A stretch of 64,000 nt of DNA from Chrysomallon squamiferum (lineage: Eukaryota > Animalia > Mollusca). Of this stretch, positions 25,578 to 40,642 are shown one piece after another. Made by a program: the position numbers and the translations under genes. Where the stretch lies: contig CM022665.1 in the NCBI GenBank assembly GCA_012295275.1, positions 26,970,001 to 27,034,000 of the forward strand. Reading direction: 5' to 3'. The notes under the pieces are model-generated. The model was not told where the DNA came from. It did not search any database and saw only the letters and a program-made list of their open reading frames with translations. The first letter of the stretch is position 1; every line of letters starts with the position of its first letter.

Positions 25578-28500
25578 TTATTTATTTGTACTGGGTTTAA
25601 ATAATTTGCCTTTCTGCTTTATTGTGCTGTGCTTGTGTTTGTGCTTTGATGCTGCCCCATTTGTTTTTTTCATTGGTTTCATATCATTTTTCTTCCTCTT
25701 TTCTTTAAAGTTTGAAGCTGTGTTTTCAGATTTTCTTTTCTTTTTCTTTTCCTTCATTACTTTCATTGGTTTTCTGTCAGCCTTTTGAAACTTGCGCTTA
25801 AACTGTTTTTCCAAAATTCTTCTTTTGGCAGGATTTTTCTTAGCAACATGATAAAAGTTAAGAATCATTATGAAGTGGATAAAATTGAAATATTTTATAA
25901 AAATCATTAGTGATTAGTATGCACTGTATCCTGGAAAATATCTCTTGCTGAAATTGATCTGTAAGCCTAGAAATGTTTAATAAAATTTTGAAATTATGTT
26001 TTAAAATGAAAGGAGAACTTATTTATTACATCATTAATAGACAGACTTAAGAAAATTTTGAATAAAATATGTTGCTTGTATTTATTCTGAAAGGATATTT
26101 TTGTTGAATCCCCTGAATTAGAACATCTCTTCACACGAATTTCCCTGCCTCCTATTTCAGAAGATCTCAACATTAGGGCAATAGTAACAGTGCTTGGATC
26201 CTGCAACAACCAAACATTTTCTTTTTCATAAAATGTAAATTGCTTATTGTGTGAAAAATTTAAATGACAGTAATAGAAGGATAAAAAAAATTTCAATACC
26301 AATATTAAATATGCAAATTTAGCAAAATAACAGAGGAACATGATTTGAGAAGAGGACTTAGGCATTATGTCTCAAAAATTAAAAATCACCTGAAATTTAG
26401 AATTCAGTTAACAATCAAGTAAATTATGAGATAAAAATGTCAGATAAAAACAAAATTGACTAAACCTTTATATATCAAAGAGTAAAGGAGTATTAAATCG
26501 TATATATTTTATATATAATCAGTGTATCAGTACATTACCTTGAACTGAACATAACCAAAACCTTTGCCAATGCCCGTCTTGCTGTCTCTGACAATTCTCA
26601 CATTTTCAATTTTTCCACATCTTCGAAAATGACTGCGTAGATCTTCTTCTTCCAGAGCTGTAAATATCCATAAAATAAATGGATTTTCTTTTTAAAATAC
26701 CATGTTTATTTCAACATTTTTAACTCACTGAATGACAGTATTTAAAAAGAATATTTTTTATCTATGAAGGTAGGCATAATGAAAAATGATGTTCAATATC
26801 TCAGTAATTTTCTTTTAAACCATAGTTTTAAATGACAATGTCTAACAAGATTATCAAAAGAAAGAACTGTTCTTTCCCCTCTGCCCTTTTTCGTCTTTTT
26901 AATTTTTTATTTAATAAATGAAGTGAAAAAAAGAAAAACCTTACCAAAAGGCAAATTTCCAACAAATACAGATTTAAAGCTATCATGCTGAAAACAAAAC
27001 AAAATGATTATGTAATAACATTTATAAACTTAAATAATTATCTAATGTCTATAATTGTATTAAAGTTCTATTTTTTCATGCTCAAATGTATGCCTTGTTT
27101 CTACTCGAATCAGTTTTCCCGTTCTTTCTTATACCATGAATAAGAAAATAATTATAAAAAGATTAATTTCCTAACACAGAATACTTTTTAGTATATTAAA
27201 ACCTTCCATCCGTTACTCTTCATTTGGACTTTTCCTCCATCAAGAATGGTTCTATCAGCATGTCTTCCCATCACCTAAATTTCTCTTAATTTGTTTCCAG
27301 TGATCTTTATATTTTTTATTGTTATTATGAATCTATGCTGAAGAAATGGGCAAATCGCATCCACATTTTGTTTACAGAAAACTGATTCTTTGAGATATTT
27401 CTGTTCTCTTACCATTTCTCCACATTAAAATGATTATCATTTTTTTATTTTTGAAACAGTTGTGTACACAGTTTCATTATTTTACAGAGGAGAAATGTTA
27501 TTAATAATCATCACTCACCTCATTGCTCCTGGATGCCAGGTCAACTCTCAGGTGAAGTCCTTGCAACAGATGACCATTTCTGAAAGCAATAAATTGTTTT
27601 TAAAGTTCAATCTTTTATAGATTATAGTCATGTAGGATGGATTTTTTAGAGTTAGAATCTTTTTTGTCACATTTTTGTGTTAGGTGTTTGGACACACAAA
27701 TCAGTTGATCAGTATATTTCGTAAGATGTTAATGTTTTAAACAACTTACTCAGCAAGTGCATTCTTTGCTGCAGATTCTTCTTTGAAGCAAACAAAAGCA
27801 ATCATGTTGTGTCTGTTTGGATGAAATTCTTTACTGAAAAATAATTTATTCCATCTCGTGAATTACTGTTGTCATTTTATGATTGCATAATAAGAAGAAA
27901 ACATCAGGAAATAAAGACGGCATATTCATGAAAGTAGTTTTTAAAAATACTTACTTAATAACAACAAGCTTTTTAGGTATTTTAGGATCTACTGTTGGCT
28001 GCAAAAAATATAAAAAAAAACAAAAAATCAAATATTATAGTGAGTGTGGTTAAAGAAACTTATTACATATTAGAAAAACAAGTGAAATATATTTTATTTT
28101 GAAACTATGGCCAACATTTGTGGCTGAATTAAAAATATGAACTACACTCGGTGTCCCATGATTAAATGTATCCACTTACTCATTTAATATTACAAATGAT
28201 CAAGACATTAAAAGAATGTTTATTGGCTGGGTTTTTTTTTCAAATGTCTGTTAATAGTATTAATACAAATGTCTTCTGTCCGATGTTCATGTTAAAAACC
28301 AGTTTAAAGATACAGGATGTATTAATTAGAGTATAATATATTGGTCATCAATAAAGAAAATTTTAAAAAGTAACCAAACTGAATACTGGATACTCACAGG
28401 ACATCGGAATCTGAGATTTTCTATTTTACCATGTTTTGAAAATATTTTCTTTAAGTCCTAAGAAAGCACACAAAAAAAAGCAAACAGAAATAACATTTGC

Positions 28501-30093
28501 AAATATATTACTATCTGTGTTGAGATGTTAACCAGTATTTACACAATAAATGAATCTACAGTATAATACTTTAAAACAGAAACATTTATATATTAAGTTA
28601 TTAAGTTATTAATTTATTGCTGGCAAATCTATTTTCAGAAAATACTACAAATATTAATGTTAGGATTAAAACAAAGCAAATTATAATATATGTATGTATG
28701 TATGTAAGTGTGTGTGTGTGTCTGGATGGATGTATGTATAAAATCATTATATTTAGAAAATAGGTTAAATGATTAAGATTACTTTTTTTGTCACTGATAC
28801 AGAGACATTTCCAACAAAAACTGTCCTCCTGTCAACCTCTGGATTTTGTTCATGTTTCTTCTTTTTCTTTTTTGTCATAAACCTTGAATCTTCATCCTCA
28901 GACTCAGTGTCATTATCAAATTTTCTTTTTCTAGATTTTGGTGGACTACAAAAATATAATTATGGGAATTATTATTATTTTCTAGGTTGGTTAGTATGTA
29001 TAATTTTCTTTTTAATTTTTTTTGATACTCTGATAAGGAATACTTTATTCATATGCATTAAGTTATTCCAAAAAGAACTACTCTATTTTTGTTGAGAGGA
29101 ACATGACACCAAAATACAATTATAATTTAAATTATGGATATTCAGGATAATAATTATTATTTCATTAAAAATAACAGATGTATCAAAGTAGGATTTTGAT
29201 AAATATTATGTTCCATGCATAAATATACCCATAAACAAACAACAAACACACATACATAGATGTACCAAATATTTTTTATCAGTAAATACATTTGCTTAAA
29301 AAAGGTTTCACAATCTTCAGGTATTCTAAAGACGAACTGTTTTAATGACAAATGATGCCAGTTTTGAAAGTGGCAACTTAATGTTACAAAATACAAAAGG
29401 CCATGTATAATGAGAGATAAACAAAAATTTCTACCTGGATGAAGCTGTCTCGAGAAGTGATTCATGTACAATCCCCTTTGGAGGGCAGAATCCTTCATTT
29501 GTTTTTCAACAGTCTGCAAGCATTCTTCACCACCTGTTTGTTTATCTACAATTTTTTTTTTACCATCATGTTTTTTGGACTTCTAAAATAAATAGAATAA
29601 AGAATAATTATTACCAATGTAAAATTTAATTTTCTTATTATATGTAAAACCAATATTATGAAAGATTATGAATTATGTGTCTTCCTTTTTTTTTTCTTTT
29701 CTAAACTAAAATTTAATTACATATTTTATTATGTGCACATCAGCCCATTCACTTGCCAAACTAATGGTTACAGCAGCAAGGGACATAAACACACCATATC
29801 ATGAGGCATTGGCTAGATTGGGAAATATTCAAAATATATGCACTAAAGAATTTGTTATATCGAGCTAGAATGCACCCAATTCTTAGAATAAAATAAAATA
29901 AAATAATAAGCTGAAAGCACATGAAATGTAAGTAGGCCATTTACTTTAATTTCACCTTTAATTTTGGTACTGTACAGTCAACAGAAAACAAATCAGCTAG
30001 TGGTTTATTTGAATCAGTTTCTTCTGTTGTTTTTAAATGGCTGCCAGAAAGTAGATTAGCAACTTGACCAACAAAATATTTGTTCTGTGGCAT
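25578..30093 (-). CDS. RBM34: RNA-binding protein 34 (Nop12-like; two RRMs, Lys-rich C-terminus), multi-exon
   Basis: The start [15 protein letters not shown] is at 30093. RRM1 includes [10 protein letters not shown] (~28790-28830), [18 protein letters not shown] and [18 protein letters not shown]2 includes [10 protein letters not shown] (~26945-26987), [24 protein letters not shown] and [11 protein letters not shown] (26200-26099). The basic last exon ends at stop 25578. Confidence 0.9.
25839..26098 (-). other. Probable U12-type (minor spliceosome) last intron of RBM34 with AT-AT or AT-AG termini
   Basis: 5' splice site ATATCCTTT (26098-26090) follows in-frame ...GDSTK. Branch point TTCTTAAC is at 25864-25857. 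In-frame 3' ends are possible at CAT| (25848) or AAG| (25839). Confidence 0.6.
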
Positions 30094-30615
30094 TGTCAGC
30101 TCTGAAAATGTGAAAGTAAATTATTAGGAACATTCAAACAGTAAACAAAATGTTATATAAAATTTTAATTATTATTTATAATTAACATCTTGTTTATTGT
30201 CATAACTAATATACTGGACCTTAATTTTAGAAATATATTATAGCAAAGATAGTAAGTATCATAAAAAAATTAAAAATAAAAATATTGAGAAACATTCTTT
30301 GAGATGTTGACATGTGTTAGTTCTGTTATCAAGTCATTTTTTGGAGGGGTTGTATATTTTTTATCTGAGTGTCAAGAATAAAAATGAGCAACAATAATCT
30401 ATGACATACTTGTCATTATTGATATTAACCATAAGTATACATTTTAAAATATACTAGTTTACAGTACTAGTACATCAGACTAATTTACTTATTTAGTGTA
30501 AATCAGACGAAAGAGAGAGAATAATGAAGCAGTTAAAATGACTCCATGAAACAACGATACCTTATACACATTACAAATTAATTCAAATAAAAACTGAATA
30601 CAAATAAACAGCATA

Positions 30616-30864
30616 CCAAACTTTTGTTTTTTATGAAATAATTATACACGTGATTACAGCAAAATTGTTGATGTCTGACGTAAGGGAAATAACTCCGAAT
30701 GAATTGCTTGAATCATACTGGGACCGTCTTTATCTATGATGCGCATGTTCGGAAGCTAATGATCAACCCCCATTGAAAACAAAAAGTATTTATAATGACG
30801 CGAAATCGTTGTTTAATCTTGTAAATTACCACTATTGGTAATCATTTGGTTGTTTATTAGAATA
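30616..30864. promoter_or_regulatory. Compact bidirectional promoter between RBM34 and MAP4K3/5
   Basis: The RBM34 5'UTR intron donor (minus strand, 30616) and the MAP4K ATG (30865) are about 250 bp apart. The segment is locally CpG-rich, with CRE-like TGACGTAA (30676-30683), NRF1-like TGCGCATG (30740-30747) and ETS-like CGGAAG (30750-30755). Confidence 0.55.
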
Positions 30865-33800
30865 ATGTCTGTAGATATTCTTCGAAGAAATCCACAGGAT
30901 GATTTCGAACTCATCCAGAGAGTGGGAAGCGGAACATACGGAGATGTTTATAAGGTTGTAATCATGACACTTCATCTGACGGTTTCAGTTATTTAATCTT
31001 TAGTTAGTGGTTGACTGACCGTGACGAATGTTACTTCGTAAAATCTGTTAATTTTGTTTTTATCTGTTATTAGTTCAAAAATGTATCTTTAGTTCTGATG
31101 ACTATTTAAATGATTATTCTTTCACCGTAACATGATTTTTGAAAATAAATTTACAAATTTTGAATTAAACTGACAGAACACCTGTTAATTATTAATAGCC
31201 TCAGCCATTTGTTTTAAAAAATCAGATAACCTGCAAAATAAAGAAAAATATTAAAAATGGTTATTAACAATTTACTCTAACTGGAAGCTAAATGTTCCCT
31301 TACATTAATTCATTTTATAATAATGAAGTTATCAGAATCATATTAGTGTTCTTATAGTTGTTTATTTGTCCATTATGTTGGTAATATCTTTTCTTTTTTA
31401 ATATAAAGGTTAATGTTTTGTATATATTAATATATCATTTTACTTCCCTTCTAAATACCTTCATGGTAGATTCCGCCCACCTAGGTTTAGCTGGAATGGG
31501 ATCACAACCCTCTGTACATAGTAACAATACTGACTGTATATAATTAGTGGTGGTGGACATGGATCTCACCCCAGGTCAATCTCACCATATGTTTACATGA
31601 AACAAGAAGATGTTTAAAAAAGATTACATTATTAAACATTTAATAGTTATTATTCATTTTGTTTGTATACATAGAGGGTTCTAGCTAGACCTATTAGGAC
31701 AAATTGGTGAACTTTAGGGTGAAGTGGTCTTGTGAAAGAGAAACAAGAGTATGATATAACAAGCTGTTGTCATGTACATAACATTAAACATCTGCATGTA
31801 TGCATTGATGTTTTCTTAGAAAATGGTGCCTATAACAAAATATTTTTTACAACTAGTGTTGTAAGTGGTAAAATTATTTAACAGAATAATATTTATTTAC
31901 AATTTCATGCAGCCTGCTTCCCTGAGTCTTGAATCCCCACTTGTGTGGGTTTGTAAATTTTAATTTTACTGTACATATAATTATGTTTGGTCATTTATCA
32001 TGCCCATCTCAGTTAAGTTAATTTTTATACAAATTTGCGAAACTTTATTTGGAGTGTCTAATCACAACAATATAACAACGCATTTTTGCAGCTATTCATA
32101 CAGTTGTTCACATGATTTCCTTACACATAACCACTTAATAAAAGGTATCCGTTTCTATAGTTCTCATTAGCAGACACGAAGTCTGTATCGGTTAATGAAT
32201 GGCATAAGGAGATTTGTTTTTATTGTCATTAAAAATTTCCAGCGAGGCTCACAGAGAAACAAAGAAGGCCTGTTAATGACTACACCAATTTCCTTATGGC
32301 AGAAAGTAATGAAACTGGAAATGTGTTTCTGATTTATTTATTTCATTCCTTTCATTTTATAAAATTATACATAAATTTGGTTTTTCACCACTGATTGATT
32401 AATAAGTGTAATTTTACAGAAGTCCAATGGTTCAGTCACAAAAAGAAGATGTTGCCATTGGACAAAATGGAGGTAAAATGTACTGATACTTCCAAGTGAA
32501 ACATTTTTTAAAAGTGAAAAAAACAAACACAAAAACCCTCTAAAACATTAAGGTTACTAAAATTTAAGCCATGGGTTAAAAGTAAGGTGAAGTTTTGTAC
32601 AAAAGGATAATTATTTCACCCATATCACCCCTCACCTTAACCCTGAAATGTTTGGGGGTTTTTCATTAAAAAAAAGAAGAAAGATTAAGAAAACAAAATA
32701 AAATAAAAATACAGTCATATATCTATAAGAATAAAAAAATAAAAATAAAAATCATCAAATAGATCAGTAGGGTAATTATCATTGCCCTGTTATTAACTAT
32801 TCATTCTGGTATTGTCAAGTGAAAATTTATTAATTAATTAAGCATGATTAATAATCTAATAATTTGCATGCTTGTTTTTCTTTCTCTCTTTTTTATTTAT
32901 TTTTATTTTTATTTTTATTTATTTTTTGAGTTCTGAGTTATTTTTTATTACAGAAATATGCAGAAATTAACAAATTACAGAAATATGTCCATTAGGTTGG
33001 TGTAAAATGACACATTGTAGATGTGAAAAGGAAAATTATTACTGAAAGAATTCCATTTCTCAAACTGTGACAGGCAATACTATGGTCCCATCCAAAAATA
33101 AATAAAACATTATGTTAATGTTATGTATTATGAATTTAATATTATGAGCATAATGAATATAAGTGAATATATCAAGTATTATATTGGTAGGTGAGTATGG
33201 AATAAATATTAATTTATAAAAAAATATATTTTGTTAATTATTCACATTGTTTAGTCATAAGAAAAGTAAAAAGGTAAATTAATATTTTTATACTTATACT
33301 ACATGGAGACACCAAGCAGAAGTATGCTCAAAGAGAAGTTTGGCAGTACATCTTTCACCACATAGGTAATCCTCCTCATACTTGAATGTCTTTGCCAGCA
33401 TTTCGCAATACCTCTTTTTCTGTGTCTTTTTTGTTAGCTGCAGCTGGCTTCCTGGTTTACCAGTGAAATTGGCAGGTACAGTTGGGGATGCCCTTTTTTA
33501 TTCAGTCAGTAATGCAAGCCTTCTTTAAAATCCTTGTTGATCTGTATGTTCTGGAAGTAAATGCTCCAGCCCTTGGGTGCCTAGAGAGTGACAACAGTCC
33601 ACATGATTTCCATGTAGTTCATCAGTGCCACTTATTTGTCTGTCGATGTCTGTGCTTTTAGTCCCACAAAGATGTGGTATGTGCTGGTGGGTCAAAAGTG
33701 TCAGAAACCAGTCCACTGAAATGCTTCCTATAACTACACCAATGATCTGTAGGTCTCACAGGTCATGCCATATTGCAAGTTCTGTGTTGCCACAGTGAAC

Positions 33801-35119
33801 ACGTTGCACATCAACCATCCTAATGGAAGATAGACATCAAGATTACGAACAAGACAATTATTAACAACCATTCTTAAATACATTCTATCAGCAAAATGTG
33901 TTAACTGATATATGTATATATTTGAATACAAATAATATCTGTTTGTCTGTCATGCCTAATCTGATTCTATATATATATATATATATATGTATACAATGAA
34001 ACACTTAGTGTTAAACATTTTTTATCATCACTGCAGTTTTGGAACCCTTCACTCAGGTGGGATTAAATGATTTTTGGTTGTCATAACAACATAAAAAACA
34101 ATGATAATAATAATGATAATACATTGATGTGTTTTAATAAAATAATCTTTTAAGTAGCATGTAGTAACTGTTTGCACATAAACTGTATGGCAATTTTGCC
34201 CATGTGGAAATTGAATTTATGACAATTTTGCCTGTGGTAAGATCACCTGGATGAGATCAATGTTGGGAGAGATCAGCGTACAGTAGTGATAAATGGATAA
34301 GAATGCTTATAAATTAAATTTAGTAGTGGAATTTAGCATTGGGTTTTCTTTAAGAACTATGAACCATTTTTCACTACTATATTTAATGTACTAGATATTA
34401 TAGTACTAATCCTAATACATTTAATGCATTGTTTTGCAGGCAAGGGACCTCAGCACTGGAGAGTTGGCGGCAATTAAAGTTATAAAACTTGAGCCAGGTC
34501 TGTTTAAAATTTAATAGAGATACCATAATTTTATATGAATTATTATATTCCCATAATATGTATCCAAATTTTCTGTTAATTGTCTGCATTATACAAGTGA
34601 CTTATTGTCATCAGTAAAAAAAACTAAAAAACATTAAAATTATTTTATGGGTTGCAGTTATATTAATATAGTACACAAGAGAACCTTTGATTTGCCAGTT
34701 TAGTTTTGCTTTCCAGTCCTTTTCTGTAGACACTATTCAGTACAACCTATACCAAATTACTTTAGTAAGCCCTCAGATATCACTTTAACATAATTCTAGA
34801 AGTGTTTAAAACTAAAAATGCTTAGTATCCATTTTTTAAAACTTTACAAGATGTTTCATTTCTACATAGTTACTAAATTATGTAAAAATTAAAAGATGAA
34901 TATTTGATTTTATATTAACAAATGATATGTTGTTGTTTGTTATTTAACTAAAATCTAATTTATTCCTTGTTTTTTGTTGAAGCCAATAAAAGCTGAACTT
35001 GAAATTAAGTACAGAAATTTTCATTTATAGGTGTGGACTCAAATGAACATATAGTACAGGCATGACCTTACATGCCAGTGTAATTGTATATAACATTCAG
35101 GATATTATTTAATATTAAT

Positions 35120-35150
<31 letters not shown>

Positions 35151-38100
35151 AATTATTGTTTTATAGCATTAAGATATATATTTTTAACTCAAAGCTGTTG
35201 AAATGTATTGTAGGAGATGATTTTGCAGTGATCCAGCAGGAAATTATGATGATGAAAGACTGTAAACATCACAACATTGTAGCCTACTACGGTAGTTATC
35301 TCAGGTAAATTATTATTTTGAACTTCCTATGTGTTTAAGTTCTGAAGCAATAATTATAATATTAACTGGTGATAGCCACCATACAATTAAAAGATTGATA
35401 CATAACCCTGTTCATTTATAATCCAGATCTTTACCATTTACATTTATTATAAATTAAAGTAAAAATACATGTTAACATGTTTACAGTAAATACAGAATTT
35501 ATTCAAATAAAACAATCAGTTAGTGATTAAGAAATATGTGCTTTTAAATTTTTAATTAAAGTTTATATTGTAACTATTTAGGTTTGTTATTATCATTTTC
35601 TTTATATTTATATATTTTTTTTTTTTCTTGTGGCTTAATTGGCTGAATAATGTTAATATTTAAAAATCTAAATAATTTTAATTGAAGGAGGGAAAAGCTC
35701 TGGATTGCCATGGAATATTGTGGAGGAGGTTCTATGCAAGACATATATCACAGTAGGATATTTTTTTAATAGTTTTGTGTGTGTGTGTGTGTTTATTAGT
35801 TTTACAGTCTGTCTTCTATGATGACAAAATTTGTTCATGTTCATTTGCAAATAATCTTATTAAAATATATCATTCGTTTGGGTATTTAACTATAATGCTT
35901 TCTTAATTATTATTGTTATTTTATCTTTTCTTCTTTTCTAATCTATTAGTATTATTACCCTCACAGTAGTTAAAGTACTGGTGACTATATTATTACTGTA
36001 CAAAAAAGTCACAAACAGTAAACTAATTTTGTTACAGTCACTGGTCCATTGCAAGAGCCTCAGATTGCTTTCTTGTGCAGAGAAACACTCAGAGGTTTGA
36101 GATATCTTCATAGCAAAAACAAAATGCATAGAGATATTAAGGTATGTATAATTTATGTCCATTTTAATTTTTACATGCTGTAATAAAACGTGTAAAAATA
36201 ACATTTATTTTGTTCAAACAGTTTTAAAATCAGGAAGTCAGTATGTAATAGATAAATTTTTCTTTTTCTTTTTTTCAGTTTTAGGAAGTTAATTTATCTA
36301 TTTTCTTTTGTAACAGGGTGCCAATATTTTGTTGACTGATGAAGGTGATGTCAAATTAGGTAGGAACCATTTTATTTATAATTTATTATCTTAAACTGTC
36401 AGCCTTTCAGTTTCTTAAGTTGTAAGAAGTTTATCTAGCATTTTTATTGAGGTTTGTATCAGTATTAAGCATCATGGTGTGACTTAAATACACCATTTTA
36501 TAACGAGAACAAATGCAACACTTCATAAATGGAATCATGTATCATATCATTACTTGTTATAAATGCTTTATATTTATAACAAGTAATGTCATTTTTCTTT
36601 TTAATCTATTTTAAAAAAATTATGTTTCAGCTGATTTTGGTGTTTCTGCTCAAATAACAGCAACTATGTGCAAAAGAAAGTCTTTCATTGGGACACCATA
36701 TTGGTATGTTCTTCAGTTTTCTACTTAATAAAATGTGTGTTTTGGTTTTTGTTTGTTTTGGTTTTTAAGATAGATCCAGGTAAATTGTCATTTGTCCAAA
36801 TGATTGGGATACTACAAAAATTAATTTATCAGAAAATGGAAAATAATAATAATATAACAAACATGGATAACTTGTATAACTTGGATGACTCGAATGTTGA
36901 TTTCTTGAGAATCTCAATCTTATTCGATTCAGAGTCTGGTCCTGGCTAAGCTTGTAAATAAGTTAGTAAAAATTATCTTCAAATAATCAAACTCTGATAT
37001 GTTGAAAACCTCTATTTACTCAATGTCATTTGTGGTCCCAAGTGTGTTTCATTTTTGTGCATGTACATACTTTTGCTGTTTTATATATTAATAAATGCAT
37101 TTGCATATATGTATGTGTATGTGTTTCTGTGTATGTGCATATTTATATCAAATTCCTTTGAATTGTATCTTTTATTTATTTGCTTAGTTTACCAAAAACC
37201 CAAGAGTGTGTTTCTTGCAATATGAAACATGCATTACCCATCCACTGGAACTGCAGTAAATATTTGAAATTTGAGTGCTCAAACATCCAGCAAACTCAAG
37301 CCATTCTGCTGACCCCTTCCAGCTTGACTTATCAAACTTTAACTGTATATATAATATGCATTGCATGAACTGATTTATTTTAGTTTTTCAGCTTGCATGA
37401 AAATAAATTTAAATTTATCTAGCACACATGGTGAATATGTTTTAAAATTATTTTATGATGAATGTTCATATTAATAAAATGTAGAAAAATTATGTGCATG
37501 GGCTTCATTATTTAATTTACATCCTCATTGTTTGTTAGGATGGCTCCAGAGGTAGCAGCTGTTGAGAGGAAGGGAGGTTACAATCAGCAGTGTGATATTT
37601 GGGCTGTTGGTATAACAGCTATAGAATTTGCAGAACTGCAGCCACCAATGTTTGATTTGCATCCAATGAGGTATTTTTTCCCTAAATTAATATGTGTATA
37701 TTATATATCAGTTTTTGGATTTATTTTTATCAATACTTTATTTTATTTCATATTATTATTACTGTTTTTAAATTATTTTTGTGAGGGATGTGAACATGTG
37801 TACATTTTCTCTATGGATCTTCTCCCATTTTACTTAAAAGACACGTTTTATTTTAGTTAATTGGGTTCACTTGTGTTTTTCTGAAGTTGTCTCATGCAGG
37901 TTCTGTGCATACAGTAAATTATATAACAAATAAATTTAGCAGAAAGTAAAATATTTTAATGTTACTACCACATATTTTAATCCATTTTTAAATCTGATAA
38001 GCAATATCTTGTGTTTGTGTACATTTTTATTTTAATTAGTTTGTTAAATATAAATTCTTTTGGTTTCAGAGCTTTGTTCTTGATGTCCAAAAGTGGATTT

Positions 38101-40611
38101 AAACCCCCACAGCTCAAGGATAAAAACAAATGGTATGTTGACAGGTGTATTACAGAAATATATTAAATAATGTAGTTGTAATTTTTTAACTGTTTTGATG
38201 CTTCTCCTATTTTTGTTACATAGTATCCTTGATCAATACATGTTTTTTTTGTTTTTTTTATCTTTGGGTAGTCATTAAAGTAATGTCAGATTTTGAAGTT
38301 GCAGTTGCTTTTTTTGCTTTTTATTTTCTTGAAGAAGGGGTTAAGAATTTTTATCCGAAAATCAAATCACATGTCCAGATAATTTTATTTTGTGATTACT
38401 GATTAAAAATGTATGTTAAAAGGGAATATTTGGTGGGGTTTTGTTTTGTTTGTTTGTTTTTAAATAAGAAAAGTTTAAAGATTTTGTAAAACTGATCATT
38501 ATAAAAGTATATTGCTGTATTATGTACATCAGAAATAATTTTTTATTTTTACTTTTTTTTTTCAGGAGTCCCATTTTTCAACATTTTGTGAAAGTAGCTT
38601 TGACAAAAAATCCAAAACGAAGGCCACCAGCTGCTAAACTTCTGGAAGTGAGTATCTTTATTCTGAATGTATATTATTACTGAAAACTAATGATGTGTAT
38701 GTATAATACATATATGGTGTGTGATATCTTCATTCATAAAATGGGCAAGTATCTTGTGGATTGACATACTTCTTTCACATTATCTATCTAGATCAAGCAT
38801 CTTTTCACTTTTTTAATTAGAAATATCTGTAAGTCAGGTAAGAATTAAAAATAATGTGTGTGTGTGTGGGTACAGTATTTCTAACAGTATTTATAACAGT
38901 ATTTCTTTGTCTCTTTTTATAGCATCCATTTTTTCAAGGTGATATTAGCCGTCGTTTGACCAAAGAACTGCTTGAAAAATCTCGAAATCCTCCACATCAC
39001 TTTGAGTGTGTTGAGATAGATGAAGAAGGAGTATGATCATTTATATCTGATTTAATTTTAATAAACAGAAATTACTACTTAAAGCTGTTTTTGAGCTGAC
39101 AAACTTGAAATTTTAACCTTTGTTTTAATTAAAACTTCTTTGCTATAAATAATTTTAATTAAATGAAACTTTTGGAGAATGTTTAAAATTGGTTGTCTTT
39201 AAAAATATGTATTATCAGTACATATTTCAGTAGGAAGAGAGAGAATTTTTGAATAGACCAGCCATTTTATTTGAATTAAATCTACTGTAATACTGTTTTA
39301 AAGGTAATGTTATCATGAAAATTAAAAAACAAAAAGAACAATATATTCATTTTTCTTTATTATTATTTTATTTATTTTTTTAAATCTTTTAAGCAATTTT
39401 TAAAGTTTATTTACATTATTGTATTATCATTTTACTGGTTTAGATTATTTATTAATTTATTTATTTGTGATATTTAGTTTCTTGAGGATGTGCCAAGGAG
39501 AATATCATCCAAGAAAACAGCAAGACAGAGTCAGGCAACCAACAGTATTGAATTAACAGGTGAATAGCACATTTATACATGAGACTGAGTTTTCCATTTT
39601 TTAGATTTAATACTGTTGTGCATTTTGTTTATTTATGTTGCTTGTTTAAATGATTCTTTCACTTTATTTTCACTTTTGTTGCTTTTAAAAACAAATCTTT
39701 GAAGCAGTGATACTGGATGCTGTTCATACTTCAGCCAGTGCCTAGTAACTATTAATATTGAAATATGTTTGATATATCGTTTAAAACTTACTTAGTTATT
39801 AATTTTTTGAAGCAGTGATTTTCTTCTTTCTTTTTTAAATAAATACATTTCTATTATGATCTTTATTTGTAAAGATTTTGTTTATGATTATTTTGTTTTC
39901 AAAATCTGGTACATGAAATACTGATATTTTATGAATAAATAAACATAAATATTTAAACTTTTTTATTTTTTTGTTTTGTTTTAGTGAATATGACTTTTGA
40001 AGCAGCTAAGGTATGTGTCTCTATTATCGTATACATTCTACTAAAACATTTATCTTCTTTACACTAATAAATTGCACATTCATGGTTACTAAACGTTCAT
40101 AATTATAAAGAACATAATTAGTTTAATTCTAATACTAAAACAACTAATTATATGGTTATAAACTGGAAACAGTTTTTAATACATGCATTTTGTTAAGTAA
40201 TTTCCATTTGTAAATAAGAATAATCTTCAGGATTGCTGTAAAATACTTCATTTATTTAACATTAATGTATACTCCTATGGTTTAAAAAAAAAAATTAAAA
40301 AAAAAATTAAAAAGATATAGGGGTAAAAAAACAACAACCCAAAAACCTATGTAATTGCCACATACAACAGATTTGATGCAACTTTCCTTATGATAACATC
40401 TACATGCCTAACAATTCTGTGCATGGCAGATCAATTATTTCTAACTGTTCACTTTACCCGTAATCAGCTGTAGATAGTCCTACTTAATAATTAATGCATG
40501 CTATTCATAGATGCTAATCACTGATGTTTGTTACAGGACACAGATGTGTATGAACTGGCTGAGCCATGGGATCCTGCAGATGGCAAAGTAACTGAAATGA
40601 CCAATTTTAAA

Positions 40612-40642
<31 letters not shown>

